The position numbers and the translations under genes are program-made. Source: Alphaproteobacteria bacterium (GTDB lineage Bacteria; Pseudomonadota; Alphaproteobacteria; Micavibrionales; Micavibrionaceae). Taken from it: a DNA stretch of 64,000 bases. The notes beneath the pieces are model-generated. The model was given only the letters and a program-made list of their open reading frames with translations, did not search any database and was not told the DNA's origin. Shown piece by piece: positions 17,791 to 28,465 of this stretch; position 1 is the stretch's first letter, and each line of letters opens with the position of its first letter. The DNA is taken from positions 59,834-123,833 of the forward strand of contig JAFLCW010000004.1 in assembly GCA_017302165.1 (NCBI GenBank), written 5' to 3'.

Positions 17791-19960
17791 AACGGTCTCC
17801 TTATGCCCTTGGGTTTTATCAGTTTCTGCCGTCTCTGCCAAGCCGCAGAACACCGCGAGCCAAAAACCCCTGTATATCGAAGTGCGCCGCCTGCCCGAAC
17901 GGCCACAAGATGTCCCGGCCAGCGTGCTGGTGATATCGAGGGATAAGATTGAGACCCAAAAAATTGCGAGCCCAACCGACATCGCGGATTCCGTCCCCGG
18001 TTTTTCGTTTAACGACCCGTTCGGGCGGTTTAACCCCGCGCCGTCCATGCGAGGGTTGATCCAGCCCGGTTTGGGGGATGATCCGTCTGTTGGGTTTTTT
18101 ACCGATGGGCTTTATATGTCGGGGCGGAGTTCGATCAATTCACTGGCGTTTGATCTGGCGCAAATTGACGTCGCTAAAGGCCCCCAGAACGCCTTGTTTG
18201 GCCGGAACAGTTTCGGAGGCACCATCAACGCCGTATCCAACGCACCGGAAAAAACAACCTATGGCTGGCTAGAGGCCGTATCGGGCACAAAAGACCGCCA
18301 TGAAATCACCGTCGGCGTGAATATGAATTTTTCTGACACCTTACAATCCCGGCTGGCGGTCTATTGGCGGGACTGGGGTGGGTATTTTAAAAATGCGTTG
18401 GCCAGTGGCCCTGATATCGGGCGCGAAAAAACATCGGCGGTTAAATTATCCACGGCCTTCACACCCAATGACCGGCGTGAATTTAATCTCCGTCTGGCCT
18501 ATGCCGAAGATGACGACAGTCAGCCCAAGGGATTTTTGGTGGAAACGAATTGCGGCCCCCGCACGACAGACGGTGTTTTGCGGTTATATTGTGGTGAACT
18601 GCCGGAACGCGGAAGCCCCTATTCGGCCAACGATGTCGGCACCGAACAATCCATGGGATATCACCGTGAACACACGCGTGGATCGTTAGAGTGGACGGAG
18701 TTTTTATCGGCGCGCACATCCCTCACCACGCTTATCGGCGGCGCCTATGAAGATTCTGTCTTTATTCGGGATGATGATTATCAGGCCGTCAATTCGGCAC
18801 GCGCCGGGGTGGATACACGCCGCCATGACATTCAGGTTGATACACGCCTTCATACCAAAACCGCAAATGGGCAATGGTCAGGGTTATGGGGGGTCAGCGG
18901 ATATCATTTTTTAAATACCGCAAACCGAATTGATCAATTTTATGTTTTGGGGCAAACCACGCCCGGCGGTGCCCGCGTGCATAACGGCACAGATACGCTA
19001 GGGACATATGGAAGCGTGACCTACCGCGCTGTCCCACAACTCGCGCTGACGTTAGATGGTAGATGGCAGGTCGAGAAAAAATTCCTGGCCAGTTCCACCA
19101 TCGCCGCCAGCACCGGACGATCCATTGATCTGGAAGATAGCTGGCGCGGCTTTACGCCCAAATTCACCACCAGCTGGCAAAACCCCTCAGGCCTTTTATA
19201 TTACGGTTCCGTGGCCAAAGGATATAAAACCGGAGGATTTAATGACCGCGCGAATATCCGCGAAACCGAACGCGTCTATCAGCCTGAAGAAAATATTACC
19301 TATGAAGTGGGGATTAAAAATATCAAACCCATAAATCGTGTTTCGCTCGATATGGGATTATTCTGGATTGATTGGCAGGATCAACAGGTTCTGGCCTATT
19401 CCACCGCGGGCACCACGCAGAATTTCTTTTTGAACAATGCCGGACAAACGACCAGCAAGGGGCTTGAGGCCAGCTTGTCCTGGGACGTCACCGATCATTT
19501 GAATGTAACTGCCGGATACACCTATGCCGATGCACGCTATGACCAATATAACGATCCGGATTTGGCGAACGTAACGGGGTTTGCCCCGAACGGAAATGTG
19601 TCGGGTAAGCGGCTTCCGCGTTATTCCCCGCATCAGGCCGTGCTGTCAGGGTCGTACCGGACGCCGTCCCCCCTACCCCGGACAGATTTTGTTATAGGAT
19701 CACAACTCAAATTCGATTCATCCCAGTTCACGGATAATTCAAACACCGCCAAAACAGGGGCACGGACACTGGTCAACCTTCAGGCCGGGCTGGATCATCC
19801 AGAAGGATATGCAGGTCTATGGGTGAATAACCTTTTGGATGAACGCGATCCGTCGGTGGGTATTCCCTGGACGGACGCCTCGCAAGGGTTTCGCCGGGAA
19901 TGGCTGGTCGTGCCCGAAGACGGCCTGACGGCAGGCCTGCGGATTAAGGTTAAATTCTAG
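17756..19960 (+). CDS. TonB-dependent outer-membrane receptor
   Basis: 734 aa with a signal peptide (...SVSAVSA/KP), a plug region ([10 protein letters not shown]...VPGF...MRG), a long beta-barrel region and a C-terminal aromatic residue (...IKVKF). The start is uncertain because it overlaps the bioY 5' end on the opposite strand. Confidence 0.85.
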   Translation: MIRFLKIWAVVITVSLCPWVLSVSAVSAKPQNTASQKPLYIEVRRLPERPQDVPASVLVISRDKIETQKIASPTDIADSVPGFSFNDPFGRFNPAPSMRGLIQPGLGDDPSVGFFTDGLYMSGRSSINSLAFDLAQIDVAKGPQNALFGRNSFGGTINAVSNAPEKTTYGWLEAVSGTKDRHEITVGVNMNFSDTLQSRLAVYWRDWGGYFKNALASGPDIGREKTSAVKLSTAFTPNDRREFNLRLAYAEDDDSQPKGFLVETNCGPRTTDGVLRLYCGELPERGSPYSANDVGTEQSMGYHREHTRGSLEWTEFLSARTSLTTLIGGAYEDSVFIRDDDYQAVNSARAGVDTRRHDIQVDTRLHTKTANGQWSGLWGVSGYHFLNTANRIDQFYVLGQTTPGGARVHNGTDTLGTYGSVTYRAVPQLALTLDGRWQVEKKFLASSTIAASTGRSIDLEDSWRGFTPKFTTSWQNPSGLLYYGSVAKGYKTGGFNDRANIRETERVYQPEENITYEVGIKNIKPINRVSLDMGLFWIDWQDQQVLAYSTAGTTQNFFLNNAGQTTSKGLEASLSWDVTDHLNVTAGYTYADARYDQYNDPDLANVTGFAPNGNVSGKRLPRYSPHQAVLSGSYRTPSPLPRTDFVIGSQLKFDSSQFTDNSNTAKTGARTLVNLQAGLDHPEGYAGLWVNNLLDERDPSVGIPWTDASQGFRREWLVVPEDGLTAGLRIKVKF

Positions 19961-20003
19961 ATTTTCATGGATTTTATGTCCTTATTCATGGCATAACCGC
20001 CCC

Positions 20004-21329
20004 ATGAAACAGGCACAGGCAAAAACCCCCAAAGTCGGCATGGTGTCCTTAGGATGCCCTAAGGCGCTCGTGGATTCTGAACGTATTCTCACGCAACTTC
20101 GGTCCGAAGGCTATGCGCTGTCGGCGAATTATGATGGCGCGGATGTTGTGATCGTTAACACCTGTGGTTTTTTAGATTCCGCCAAAGAAGAATCTCTGGA
20201 TGCCATCGGGTCTGCGATGAAGGCCAACGGCAAGGTGATTGTCACGGGATGCATGGGCGCGGAACCTGAACAAATTCTCTCCCGCTTTCCTAATGTTTTG
20301 GCGGTCACCGGGCCCCAGCAATATGAACAGGTCGTGGGGGCGGTGCACGAAGCCGTTCCCCCGCTCCATGATCCCTATGTCGATTTAGTTCCGCCAGAAG
20401 GCTTAAAATTAACGCCGCGCCATTATGCGTATCTGAAAATTTCCGAAGGGTGCAATAATCGCTGTTCTTTTTGTATTATCCCGTCGCTTCGGGGGGATCT
20501 GGTGTCGCGTCCTATCCATCACGTCATTGCCGAAGCCGAAAATCTGGTCAAGGCAGGCGTCAAAGAAATTCTGGTAATTTCGCAAGACACTTCGGCCTAT
20601 GGCGTGGATGTGAAATATGCCCCGCAAAAATGGAAGGGCAAGGAATATCAGACCCGTTTTCAGGATTTAGCCGAAGCCTTGGGTGAACTCGGCGTCTGGG
20701 TGCGCATGCATTACGTGTACCCCTATCCGCATGTCGATCAAGTCATGCCATTGATGAATGACCGGAAAATCCTGCCGTATATTGATATTCCGTTTCAACA
20801 TGCCTCGCCGAATGTCTTGAAAAATATGCGCCGCCCCGCCCATCAGGAAAAAACGCTGGAACGTATTCATGGCTGGCGGCGCGATTGTCCGGATCTCACC
20901 ATCCGTTCGACTTTTATTGTCGGGTTCCCGGGCGAAACCGAAGAAGATTTCACCTTTTTACTGAACTGGATGCGCGAAGCCCGGCTGGATCGTGTTGGGT
21001 GTTTCAAATATGAACCCGTAGCCGGGGCAAAAGCCAACGACCTGCCGGATCATATCGCCCCGGAAATTCAGCAGGAACGATATGACCGATTCATGGAAGT
21101 TCAGCAGGAAATTTCGTCCGCCAAACTTCAGGCCAAAATCGGCAAGACAATTAAGGTGATTATCGACGATGTAGCCGAAGACGGGGCAGATGCGCGCTCC
21201 GAAGGCGACGCCCCTGAAATCGACGGCAAGGTTTACCTGCGCTCTGCTGGCCACTTTAAGGCCGGGGATATTATTTCCGTCACCGTCGAAGACGCCGACG
21301 ATTACGATTTATTCGCGGTGCCTGTCTAG
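20004..21329 (+). CDS. rimO: Ribosomal protein S12 methylthiotransferase RimO
   Basis: 441 aa with an MTTase N-domain ([13 protein letters not shown]), a radical-SAM CxxxCxxC (CNNRCSFC) and a TRAM C-terminus. Confidence 0.93.
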   Translation: MKQAQAKTPKVGMVSLGCPKALVDSERILTQLRSEGYALSANYDGADVVIVNTCGFLDSAKEESLDAIGSAMKANGKVIVTGCMGAEPEQILSRFPNVLAVTGPQQYEQVVGAVHEAVPPLHDPYVDLVPPEGLKLTPRHYAYLKISEGCNNRCSFCIIPSLRGDLVSRPIHHVIAEAENLVKAGVKEILVISQDTSAYGVDVKYAPQKWKGKEYQTRFQDLAEALGELGVWVRMHYVYPYPHVDQVMPLMNDRKILPYIDIPFQHASPNVLKNMRRPAHQEKTLERIHGWRRDCPDLTIRSTFIVGFPGETEEDFTFLLNWMREARLDRVGCFKYEPVAGAKANDLPDHIAPEIQQERYDRFMEVQQEISSAKLQAKIGKTIKVIIDDVAEDGADARSEGDAPEIDGKVYLRSAGHFKAGDIISVTVEDADDYDLFAVPV

Positions 21330-21340
21330 AACATAAAAAA

Positions 21341-21362
21341 CCCCGCAGACTGCGGGGTTTTT
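21341..21362. terminator. Bidirectional rho-independent terminator
   Basis: CCCCGCA-gac-TGCGGGG is flanked by an A tract upstream and a T tract downstream. It sits between the convergent rimO and the small minus-strand ORF. Confidence 0.75.
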
Positions 21363-21386
21363 CTTATTCAAATCTGTGGGGCGGGG

Positions 21387-21491
21387 TTAATGGCTGTGGC
21401 CGCAACCGCAACCACCATGTCCGCCGTGCCCGCCTTTTTGGCCGTCTTTGCTGTCCTTGGGGGCGTCGGGTTTTTTGGGTGTGGATGTCAT
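21387..21491 (-). CDS. Small (34-aa) His/Gly/Cys-rich protein, unannotated by the ORF track
   Basis: ATG at 21491 is preceded by AAGGAG at 7-nt spacing. Translation is MTSTPKKPDAPKDSKDGQKGGHGGHGGCGCGHSH*. The stop is followed by the bidirectional terminator. Confidence 0.45.
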   Translation of the reverse strand: MTSTPKKPDAPKDSKDGQKGGHGGHGGCGCGHSH

Positions 21492-21561
21492 AGGCTGTCT
21501 CCTTTAAGCAGTCTCGTCGTTATGATATGAATCATACACATTTCATATCAAAAGGTAAAAT

Positions 21562-22653
21562 GTGAAAAAAACACCGCTTTATTCCTGTCACGTCGCGCTC
21601 AAGGCCAAAATGGCCGAATTTGCCGGATATGACATGCCCATCCAATACCCTGAAGGGGTGATGGCGGAGCATCACTGGACACGGGCTCATGCCGGGATCT
21701 TCGATGTCTCGCACATGGGGCAATGGATAGTGGAAGGATCAGACGCGTCCAAGCTATTTGAACATCTAACCCCCTCTTCTTTTTCTAACGTCCCGCTAGG
21801 CACCGCCAAATACACGGTGTTGATGAACGCCCAAGGCGGGATCATCGACGACATGATTGTCACACGCGTGGCGGAAGACCGTTTTTTTGTGGTGGTGAAT
21901 GCCGGATGTAAGGACAAGGATCTGGCATGGGTACAATCTCATCTAACCCCGAATGTGCGACTGCGTGTTTTAGACGAACAAGCGTTGATCGCCGTGCAGG
22001 GGCCAAAGGCCGAACAGGTTATGCGCGAGGCACTTGATATCGATACGTCTTCTCTTTCATATATGCGCTGGATGGATTATGGCCGATGCATGATCAGCCG
22101 CCTGGGATATACAGGCGAAGACGGGTTTGAAATATCCATGCCCGCCGAAGATTCAGAAATTGCGTGGAACAGATTGCTCTCTCACCCTGAGGTCAAACCC
22201 ATAGGGTTGGGCGCACGGGATTCATTACGGCTGGAAATGGGGTATCCGTTATACGGACATGATATTGATGACACCACGTCTCCACTTGAAGCGCGTATTG
22301 GATGGATCATGGGCAAAAGACAAGATACCGATTTTGTGGGCGGTACGCGCCTCGCCCAGGAAAAATCTAGCGGCTTAAAACGCGCACGCGCCGGGTTTAT
22401 ACTCACGGCACCCGGCGTGGCACGTGAAGGCACAGAGATTTTTTCCGAAGACGGCCAAACCAAAGTCGGCATTATCACCAGTGGTGGTTTTTCGCCGACG
22501 TTAAATGCCGCCATTGCGATGGGATATATCAACACGGAATTTGCCAAAGACGGCACGGGTATTTTAGCGCGGGTGCGTGGCCGGGATATTCCTGCCCGTG
22601 TCACGGCCTTGCCTTTTGTACACCCCAAGACCAAAATATCACCTAAAAGTTAG
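21562..22653 (+). CDS. gcvT: Glycine cleavage system aminomethyltransferase (T protein)
   Basis: 363 aa with a GTG start. ...MAEFAGYDMPIQY...HAGIFDVSHMG... is typical GcvT, and gcvH and gcvP follow. Confidence 0.93.
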   Translation: MKKTPLYSCHVALKAKMAEFAGYDMPIQYPEGVMAEHHWTRAHAGIFDVSHMGQWIVEGSDASKLFEHLTPSSFSNVPLGTAKYTVLMNAQGGIIDDMIVTRVAEDRFFVVVNAGCKDKDLAWVQSHLTPNVRLRVLDEQALIAVQGPKAEQVMREALDIDTSSLSYMRWMDYGRCMISRLGYTGEDGFEISMPAEDSEIAWNRLLSHPEVKPIGLGARDSLRLEMGYPLYGHDIDDTTSPLEARIGWIMGKRQDTDFVGGTRLAQEKSSGLKRARAGFILTAPGVAREGTEIFSEDGQTKVGIITSGGFSPTLNAAIAMGYINTEFAKDGTGILARVRGRDIPARVTALPFVHPKTKISPKS

Positions 22654-22681
22654 ACTAAGCCACCTTTAGAAAGGATATGCC

Positions 22682-23053
22682 ATGACCGTACATTTCACCA
22701 AAGATCATGAATGGATGAAGATCGAAGGCGATACCGCGTGGATTGGAATCACCACCTATGCCCGCCATGCCTTGGGGGACTTGGTCTATCTGGAATTGCC
22801 GGAAACCGGACGAAAGGTGAGCAAAGGCGAACATTTCGCCGTTGTTGAATCCGTCAAGGCCGCCAGCGAAATTTATACCCCTGTGAGTGGTAAAATCGTT
22901 GAGGTAAATAGCACCCTGTCATCTAACCTAGATGATTTGAAAGAAGATATTGAAACGGGATGGATTGTCAAAATCAAGATGTCAAACCCGTCTGAAGTGG
23001 CAAACATGATGGATAAGACAGCGTACGATCAGTATGTTTCAACATTGGATTAA
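22682..23053 (+). CDS. gcvH: Glycine cleavage system H protein
   Basis: 123 aa with lipoyl-lysine motif VESVKAASE. Confidence 0.95.
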   Translation: MTVHFTKDHEWMKIEGDTAWIGITTYARHALGDLVYLELPETGRKVSKGEHFAVVESVKAASEIYTPVSGKIVEVNSTLSSNLDDLKEDIETGWIVKIKMSNPSEVANMMDKTAYDQYVSTLD

Positions 23054-23058
23054 GACGA

Positions 23059-24348
23059 ATGCGATATCTGCCCCAAACTAAAAAATCACGGGATAACATG
23101 CTATCGGCCATCGGGGTTACGCATGTGGATGCGTTATTTACCGATGTTCCGGCCGAAGCCTTAAATCACAATCAGTTTAACCTGCCGGATCATCAAGGTG
23201 AATTGGCCGTCGAACGTACGATGAACCAGTATGCCAACCAAAATCGTCCCGCATCAGCCGGACGTTTTTTCTTGGGTGCTGGGGCCTATTATCATCACAT
23301 ACCTGCCACGGTGGATTACATCATTCAACGTAGTGAGTTTTTAACTGCCTACACACCCTATCAACCTGAAATTGCGCAAGGCACGCTTCAGGTTATTTTT
23401 GAATATCAGACTTTTATTGCCCAATTAACCGGGCAGGATATCGCCAATGCCTCAATGTATGATGGGGCAACATCTTGCGCCGAGGCAGGCTTGATGGCGA
23501 TGCGTGTGACAGGCCGTAAGAAAATCATGATCGGGACGCCGCTTCATCCGCACTACCGGGAAACACTTATGGCGTATCTGAACAATCTGCCGGATGCCGA
23601 TATCGAAGATCACATCACCTCAGATACGGCCTGCGTGATTATTCAATCCCCCGATTTTCTGGGGGTGCCACATGCCTATGACGACTGGCGAAAAAGATGC
23701 GATGCCGTCGGTGCCCTTTTAGTCGTTGTGGTCACGGAAATTGTATCACTGGGACTTCTCCCTGCCCCGGCGCAAGCCGATATTGTCTGCGGCGAAGCGC
23801 AGTCTATTGGACTTGCCCTGTCTTATGGGGGGCCTCATCTGGGATTTTTTGCCTGCCGGGAGAAATATCTTCGGCAGATGCCGGGACGCTTATGCGGCCG
23901 AACGGTCGATGCCGACGGTAAACCCGGGTTCGTGCTCACGCTCTCAACCCGCGAACAACATATCCGCCGTGAAAAAGCGACCTCGAATATTTGCACCAAC
24001 CAAGGTCTTTGCGCTCTAGCCTTCACGGTTCACATGTCTCTATTGGGGGAAGATGGGTTTAAGACACTAGCACGGTTAAATCATGAAAAGGCGTGTTATC
24101 TGGCTGATGCCTTATCAGGCGTAAAACATGTGAAACTGCCGAACCCACATTTTTTCAACGAATTCGTGATCGAGATCCCACAAAAATCAGACGTGGTGTT
24201 AGATCATCTCAGACGCCGGGATATTATCGGCGGATATGCCGTGTCGGATCACCATATTTTGGTGACCGCCACCGAAATGACAACAGATGACGATATTAAT
24301 ATGTATGCACGGGCACTTTCCGACATTTTGACAGAGGTTTCGGCATGA
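23059..24348 (+). CDS. gcvPA: Glycine dehydrogenase (decarboxylating) subunit 1
   Basis: 429 aa. ...[13 protein letters not shown]...[11 protein letters not shown]... is the N-terminal half of the P protein. Confidence 0.92.
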   Translation: MRYLPQTKKSRDNMLSAIGVTHVDALFTDVPAEALNHNQFNLPDHQGELAVERTMNQYANQNRPASAGRFFLGAGAYYHHIPATVDYIIQRSEFLTAYTPYQPEIAQGTLQVIFEYQTFIAQLTGQDIANASMYDGATSCAEAGLMAMRVTGRKKIMIGTPLHPHYRETLMAYLNNLPDADIEDHITSDTACVIIQSPDFLGVPHAYDDWRKRCDAVGALLVVVVTEIVSLGLLPAPAQADIVCGEAQSIGLALSYGGPHLGFFACREKYLRQMPGRLCGRTVDADGKPGFVLTLSTREQHIRREKATSNICTNQGLCALAFTVHMSLLGEDGFKTLARLNHEKACYLADALSGVKHVKLPNPHFFNEFVIEIPQKSDVVLDHLRRRDIIGGYAVSDHHILVTATEMTTDDDINMYARALSDILTEVSA

Positions 24349-25826
24349 CACAGATAGATGACACACGCGGCCTTGATTACCACGAAAGCCTGCTCTGGGA
24401 GAAAGCGCGTTCTGATACGCCGGGCGTAGATTTGCCAACGCCGGAAAATAAACCGCTTCGTACGGGGCAAAACGCCAGAGCAGAGATCGGCTTACCACAG
24501 ATCAGCGAGCCTCAGGCCGTGCGTCATTTTGTTCGGCTATCGACCAAGAATTACTCCATCGATCACGGATTTTTTCCACTGGGTTCCTGCACGATGAAAC
24601 ATAATCCGCGCTTGAATGAAAAAATGGCGCGTCTGCCGGGCTTTGCGCATCTTCACCCCCTTCAGCCGATGGAAACAACTCAAGGCGCGCTGGCATTGAT
24701 GTGTGAACTTCAACGCTGGCTGGGGGAATTAACCGGGCTTCCGGGGGTTTGTCTAACCCCAGCGGCGGGGGCGCATGGGGAATTAGCCGGGATCATGACC
24801 ATTCGCGCGGCACATCTTCATAAAGGACATCATCATAAAACCGTTATTTTGGTGCCAGATTCCGCCCACGGCACGAACCCCGCCACCGCCGCGATGTGCG
24901 GTTATACCATTCGAACGATTCCGACCCGGGAGACAGGACGCGTGACTCTCTCTGCGTTTAAAGAGGCATTGGGGGATGGATATGATGTGGCCGGTATGAT
25001 GGTCACAAACCCCAATACATGCGGTTTGTTTGAGAAAGATATCCGTGAGATTTCAGATTTACTCCACAAGGCGGGGGGATATTTTTATGGCGATGGCGCG
25101 AATTTCAATGCCCTTGTTGGTAAAATCCGCCCCAGTGATCTGGGCGTAGATGTCATGCATATCAATCTTCATAAGACCTTCTCAACGCCGCATGGCGGCG
25201 GGGGCCCTGGATCTGGGCCTATTTGTTGCACGCCGGAACTCGCACCCTATATGCCCACACCGATTGTAATCAAGGATCAGAATACGTATCGTCTTGAACA
25301 GGCAGGGGAACGCCCAACATCTTGTGGCCAGCTTAAGGGATTTCATGGACAATTCGGCATGCATGTGCGGGCGTTGTCATACATGATGTCACATGGGAAA
25401 GACGGATTAAAACGTGTGTCTGAAGATGCCGTTATTCACGCCAATTATATTTTATCACAGTTACAGGACGATTATCATGTGCCCTATGCGGGGCCGTGCA
25501 TGCATGAATGCCTGCTGACAGATAAAATACAAAAAGAAAAAGGTGTGACGACTCTCGATATCGCCAAGACCCTGATTGAATATGGGATGCACCCGATGAC
25601 GGTTTATTTTCCATTGGTGGTGCAAGGGGCGATGTTGATTGAACCGACTGAAACAGAAAGTCAGGCAGAGCTGGATCGGTTTATCCATGTCATGAAAATG
25701 GTAGCGCAGGATGTTACCGCTGGACGGACGGATACGCTTCATACCTATCCCGTTTCCGCCCCTCGCCGCCGTCTCGATGAAGTCAAGGCGGCCAAAGAAC
25801 CGAATTTAAGATGGAAGGTATCATAA
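24345..25826 (+). CDS. gcvPB: Glycine dehydrogenase (decarboxylating) subunit 2
   Basis: 493 aa with a PLP-lysine region [16 protein letters not shown] and an ATGA overlap with gcvPA. Confidence 0.92.
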   Translation: MTQIDDTRGLDYHESLLWEKARSDTPGVDLPTPENKPLRTGQNARAEIGLPQISEPQAVRHFVRLSTKNYSIDHGFFPLGSCTMKHNPRLNEKMARLPGFAHLHPLQPMETTQGALALMCELQRWLGELTGLPGVCLTPAAGAHGELAGIMTIRAAHLHKGHHHKTVILVPDSAHGTNPATAAMCGYTIRTIPTRETGRVTLSAFKEALGDGYDVAGMMVTNPNTCGLFEKDIREISDLLHKAGGYFYGDGANFNALVGKIRPSDLGVDVMHINLHKTFSTPHGGGGPGSGPICCTPELAPYMPTPIVIKDQNTYRLEQAGERPTSCGQLKGFHGQFGMHVRALSYMMSHGKDGLKRVSEDAVIHANYILSQLQDDYHVPYAGPCMHECLLTDKIQKEKGVTTLDIAKTLIEYGMHPMTVYFPLVVQGAMLIEPTETESQAELDRFIHVMKMVAQDVTAGRTDTLHTYPVSAPRRRLDEVKAAKEPNLRWKVS

Positions 25827-26398
25827 TGCGTTGGCCAATATGTGTCAGTTTAATCGCGGTGATAGGTGTCACCGGATGCGTTAGTTCGGGTGAGTTTGGG
25901 AATTACCCCAGATCAAAAGTCGCCACTGCCCGAAAAATTTCCTGTCAGGGCGATGCCGGGGCCGAATTGCGGGGATATTACACGGTCTATTCTCCGTCTG
26001 AAATTGGGTTAGCCTTTGAGGATCAGAATTACGCTTTGCGCCGGGAGCGTACAGCCTCAGGGGCAAAATATAAAAATTCATCTGCGATGTTTTGGAATAA
26101 AGGGATTGATGGATTATTGGAGATGAAAGATGGCGGTACCTATTCCTGCCGGTTTTTGCCCGATGACGCCACATTTGAAGACGTATCGGATGATATGAAC
26201 CCGGCGCCCCCCGCCGCGGTTGAATATGCCCCTGTGAGCCTACCGGCACCGGACGCACCGATCACACAAGCCCCCGCAAATGGCATGGTGCCAATCCCAC
26301 CACAAAAGCCAACGGCACCCAACTATTCAGTGCCCGCAACATCACTTCCGGATAGCAGTATCCCGCGGCCACCCGTTAAGCCCAGACCCGTTTATTGA
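25826..26398 (+). CDS. MliC-like lipoprotein with Pro-rich C-terminal tail
   Basis: Lipobox IGVTGC. ...CQGD...TASGAKYKNSSAMFWNKGIDG...YSCRF resembles MliC (SASGARY...FWSKGDEA with two Cys). The ATG overlaps the gcvPB stop (TAATG). Confidence 0.65.
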   Translation: MRWPICVSLIAVIGVTGCVSSGEFGNYPRSKVATARKISCQGDAGAELRGYYTVYSPSEIGLAFEDQNYALRRERTASGAKYKNSSAMFWNKGIDGLLEMKDGGTYSCRFLPDDATFEDVSDDMNPAPPAAVEYAPVSLPAPDAPITQAPANGMVPIPPQKPTAPNYSVPATSLPDSSIPRPPVKPRPVY

Positions 26399-27219
26399 GT
26401 GATGTGAAGATATAATTTTTCGCCGAGCGACAATACGATATCAAAGACGATCAAGATCACGATATACCATTCCACATTCAAAGTTCGGCGATCTTGAAGC
26501 AACCCCAACATGGTTTCGGCCGTGCGATAGATCAGTTCCAGCTTTTCCTTTAGCGCGACATGCCGTTCCTTGATTTCATATTCATCTTCAAGGCGCGCAT
26601 AAAAACGTTCGAGTTCATAGGGCTTATCCCAGAGCAGATCCGGCTTATCATCCACTTCGACCTGTCCCACCATTCGGCGTTGAATAGATAATGTCGTGCC
26701 GATATGTTTGAGCAAATCCCGCGCACGCTTGCCGCCCGGGTATCCGCGCGCCTGCATATCGGCGGACACCGGTTCAATCCGGTCAAAAGTATCGGCAATC
26801 TGTGCTTCGTAGAAGGAGAGCGCGATGCTTTTGGCCAGCACATCTGCAATAATCTGGATACGTTCCATATCCAGAACGCGAATGCGTATGCCATCATGCA
26901 AAATCGCCTCATCCTCTTCGGGACTAACGATGATCGCCGTATTTTCGGTTTCAACTTTAGCATGCGGTTCGACCACATACTCATTCAAGGTGGATAGAAA
27001 ATTAGCCTGCTCCAGTCCTTTCACGCCAAACAGAACGGCGACGCCATAGCGAAACAAGACAGCGCACCCGTGTTCGCCCACCTCAATCACCAATGGGCTT
27101 TCGGCCAGACGCGGCACTTGGCGCAGGGACTTGATATTCAGACGCTGACCGACCAATACGGCATGAGCATCCACGCGGGATTTTCCCTGAAACAATTTAA
27201 AAGAAGATGTTTGTGTCAT
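26392..27219 (-). CDS. RMD1/DUF155-family protein
   Basis: 275 aa with a single C-terminal TM (WYIVILIVFDIVLSL) and overall DUF155-like (RMND1-like) organisation. Confidence 0.72.
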   Translation of the reverse strand: MTQTSSFKLFQGKSRVDAHAVLVGQRLNIKSLRQVPRLAESPLVIEVGEHGCAVLFRYGVAVLFGVKGLEQANFLSTLNEYVVEPHAKVETENTAIIVSPEEDEAILHDGIRIRVLDMERIQIIADVLAKSIALSFYEAQIADTFDRIEPVSADMQARGYPGGKRARDLLKHIGTTLSIQRRMVGQVEVDDKPDLLWDKPYELERFYARLEDEYEIKERHVALKEKLELIYRTAETMLGLLQDRRTLNVEWYIVILIVFDIVLSLGEKLYLHITQ

Positions 27220-27343
27220 GTGTGCTTGATCTTATCCCATATCAGGACAGGCGTCTATCATTCGGATAACATCCATGGGGATGAGCGCAGGTTTTAAGTA
27301 TTTAGCGCATGACAGGACAGCATATTCTGTCAGAGTACGGCGT

Positions 27344-27889
27344 ATGATATGGATGCGCCTTTTTTTCTTGATATCCGGCCTGTGTATATTATCGGGTTGC
27401 GCGGGCGATGAAGAGGTACGCACCTCCATGACCCCAGAACCTCAAGAAGTGACCGACCCATCGGATTCTGTTTTAAAAGAAACTATCGCTCAACGCCTCA
27501 AAGGGCAGAACGCCCCCCCACAATCACAATATGATTTTGCCCGCATTGATTTAAACAGGGATGGCCAGCGCGATGCGCTGGTGCTATACCGCCTGCCCCA
27601 TACCTATTGGTGCAGTTGGAGTGGATGTCTGCTCAGCATTTTCCGGGCAGAGGAAAACGGGTTCACCTTTATCAACGATATCCCCGGCATACGGGGGCCT
27701 TTGGTTATTAGTTCAAACACATCAGAAGGCTGGCGGGATATCATTATCGAACTTTCGGGGACTCAGCTCTATAACCGCAGAGTAACGTTGGCGTTTTCAG
27801 GATCAACCTATCCCTCAACCCCGATGAATGCTCCCTCTGCACCCTACCGTGTGTTAAGTGATGCACCGGGAACCCGGGTGTTTCAATAA
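27344..27889 (+). CDS. Hypothetical lipoprotein
   Basis: MIWMRLFFLISGLCILSGC lipobox. It also has a DLNRDGQRDALV (FG-GAP/VCBS-like) motif. The start was chosen inside the 204-aa track ORF. Confidence 0.55.
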   Translation: MIWMRLFFLISGLCILSGCAGDEEVRTSMTPEPQEVTDPSDSVLKETIAQRLKGQNAPPQSQYDFARIDLNRDGQRDALVLYRLPHTYWCSWSGCLLSIFRAEENGFTFINDIPGIRGPLVISSNTSEGWRDIIIELSGTQLYNRRVTLAFSGSTYPSTPMNAPSAPYRVLSDAPGTRVFQ

Positions 27890-27893
27890 TACG

Positions 27894-28370
27894 CTAGGCG
27901 CGTTTTTTTAATCCGTTCAGAAACCGTGATAACGGCATAGCATGGGCGGCGGTCTTTTTTTGCCAAACGTCTGATTCAATCACAATTTCCTGAATGTCTT
28001 TCACACTGTTTTTCAACGCCAGCTGAGAGTCTGAATGTTGATGGATCTGTGAAAGCATGGACAAAATAGCTTGTTCCTGTTTTTGAAAATCCCCGTCCGA
28101 CCAACAGAGGAGCCGTGCCAGTGCAAAAAAATCCTGCTGATCGACTGGCTGAGTGATCTGCTCAAACATCTGATACACATTTTGCGGAGTTTTCAGATCC
28201 CGGGCGAGTTGATCCCGCTGTCCGGGGCTCATCGGGACATCTTGCGTATAGTCCCGAATAAAACTCACCTCATGGGGGGTAATAATCCCATCCGCATGAA
28301 CCATGGCGACAATCGTCCGCCACATGGCAAACCGGCTGGGAGAGAGGGGGAAAATCTCTGTCATCTTCAA
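27894..28370 (-). CDS. TerB-like / DjlA-N-like domain protein
   Basis: 158 aa. ...WRTIVAMVHADGIITPHEVSFIRDY... is a tellurite-resistance TerB-type helical pattern. Weak call. Confidence 0.45.
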   Translation of the reverse strand: MKMTEIFPLSPSRFAMWRTIVAMVHADGIITPHEVSFIRDYTQDVPMSPGQRDQLARDLKTPQNVYQMFEQITQPVDQQDFFALARLLCWSDGDFQKQEQAILSMLSQIHQHSDSQLALKNSVKDIQEIVIESDVWQKKTAAHAMPLSRFLNGLKKRA

Positions 28371-28465
28371 AACTGTATCCCAAAGAGGTTAAAAGACAAA
28401 AAATATTGCCTTGGTGATGTTTTGCTCTATAATAGAACAAAACAAGAACAATCTTAAGGTATCGC

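Noticed and set aside
17791-18048. 86-aa upstream extension of bioY in the track (279-aa ORF).
   Set aside because: The extension overlaps the TonB-dependent receptor coding region and has no BioY similarity. An AAGGAG RBS precedes the internal ATG at 17790.
20004-21491. The radical-SAM gene next to a small Cys/His-rich peptide could be a RiPP precursor/maturase pair.
   Set aside because: The radical-SAM protein is a full-length canonical RimO (MTTase N-domain + TRAM). It is convergent with the peptide and separated from it by a terminator. No other tailoring or export genes are nearby.
21492-21561. I expected a glycine riboswitch upstream of gcvT.
   Set aside because: Only about 70 nt separate the small divergent ORF from the gcvT GTG. 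I see none of the conserved glycine-aptamer sequence blocks on the plus strand between 21330 and 21561.
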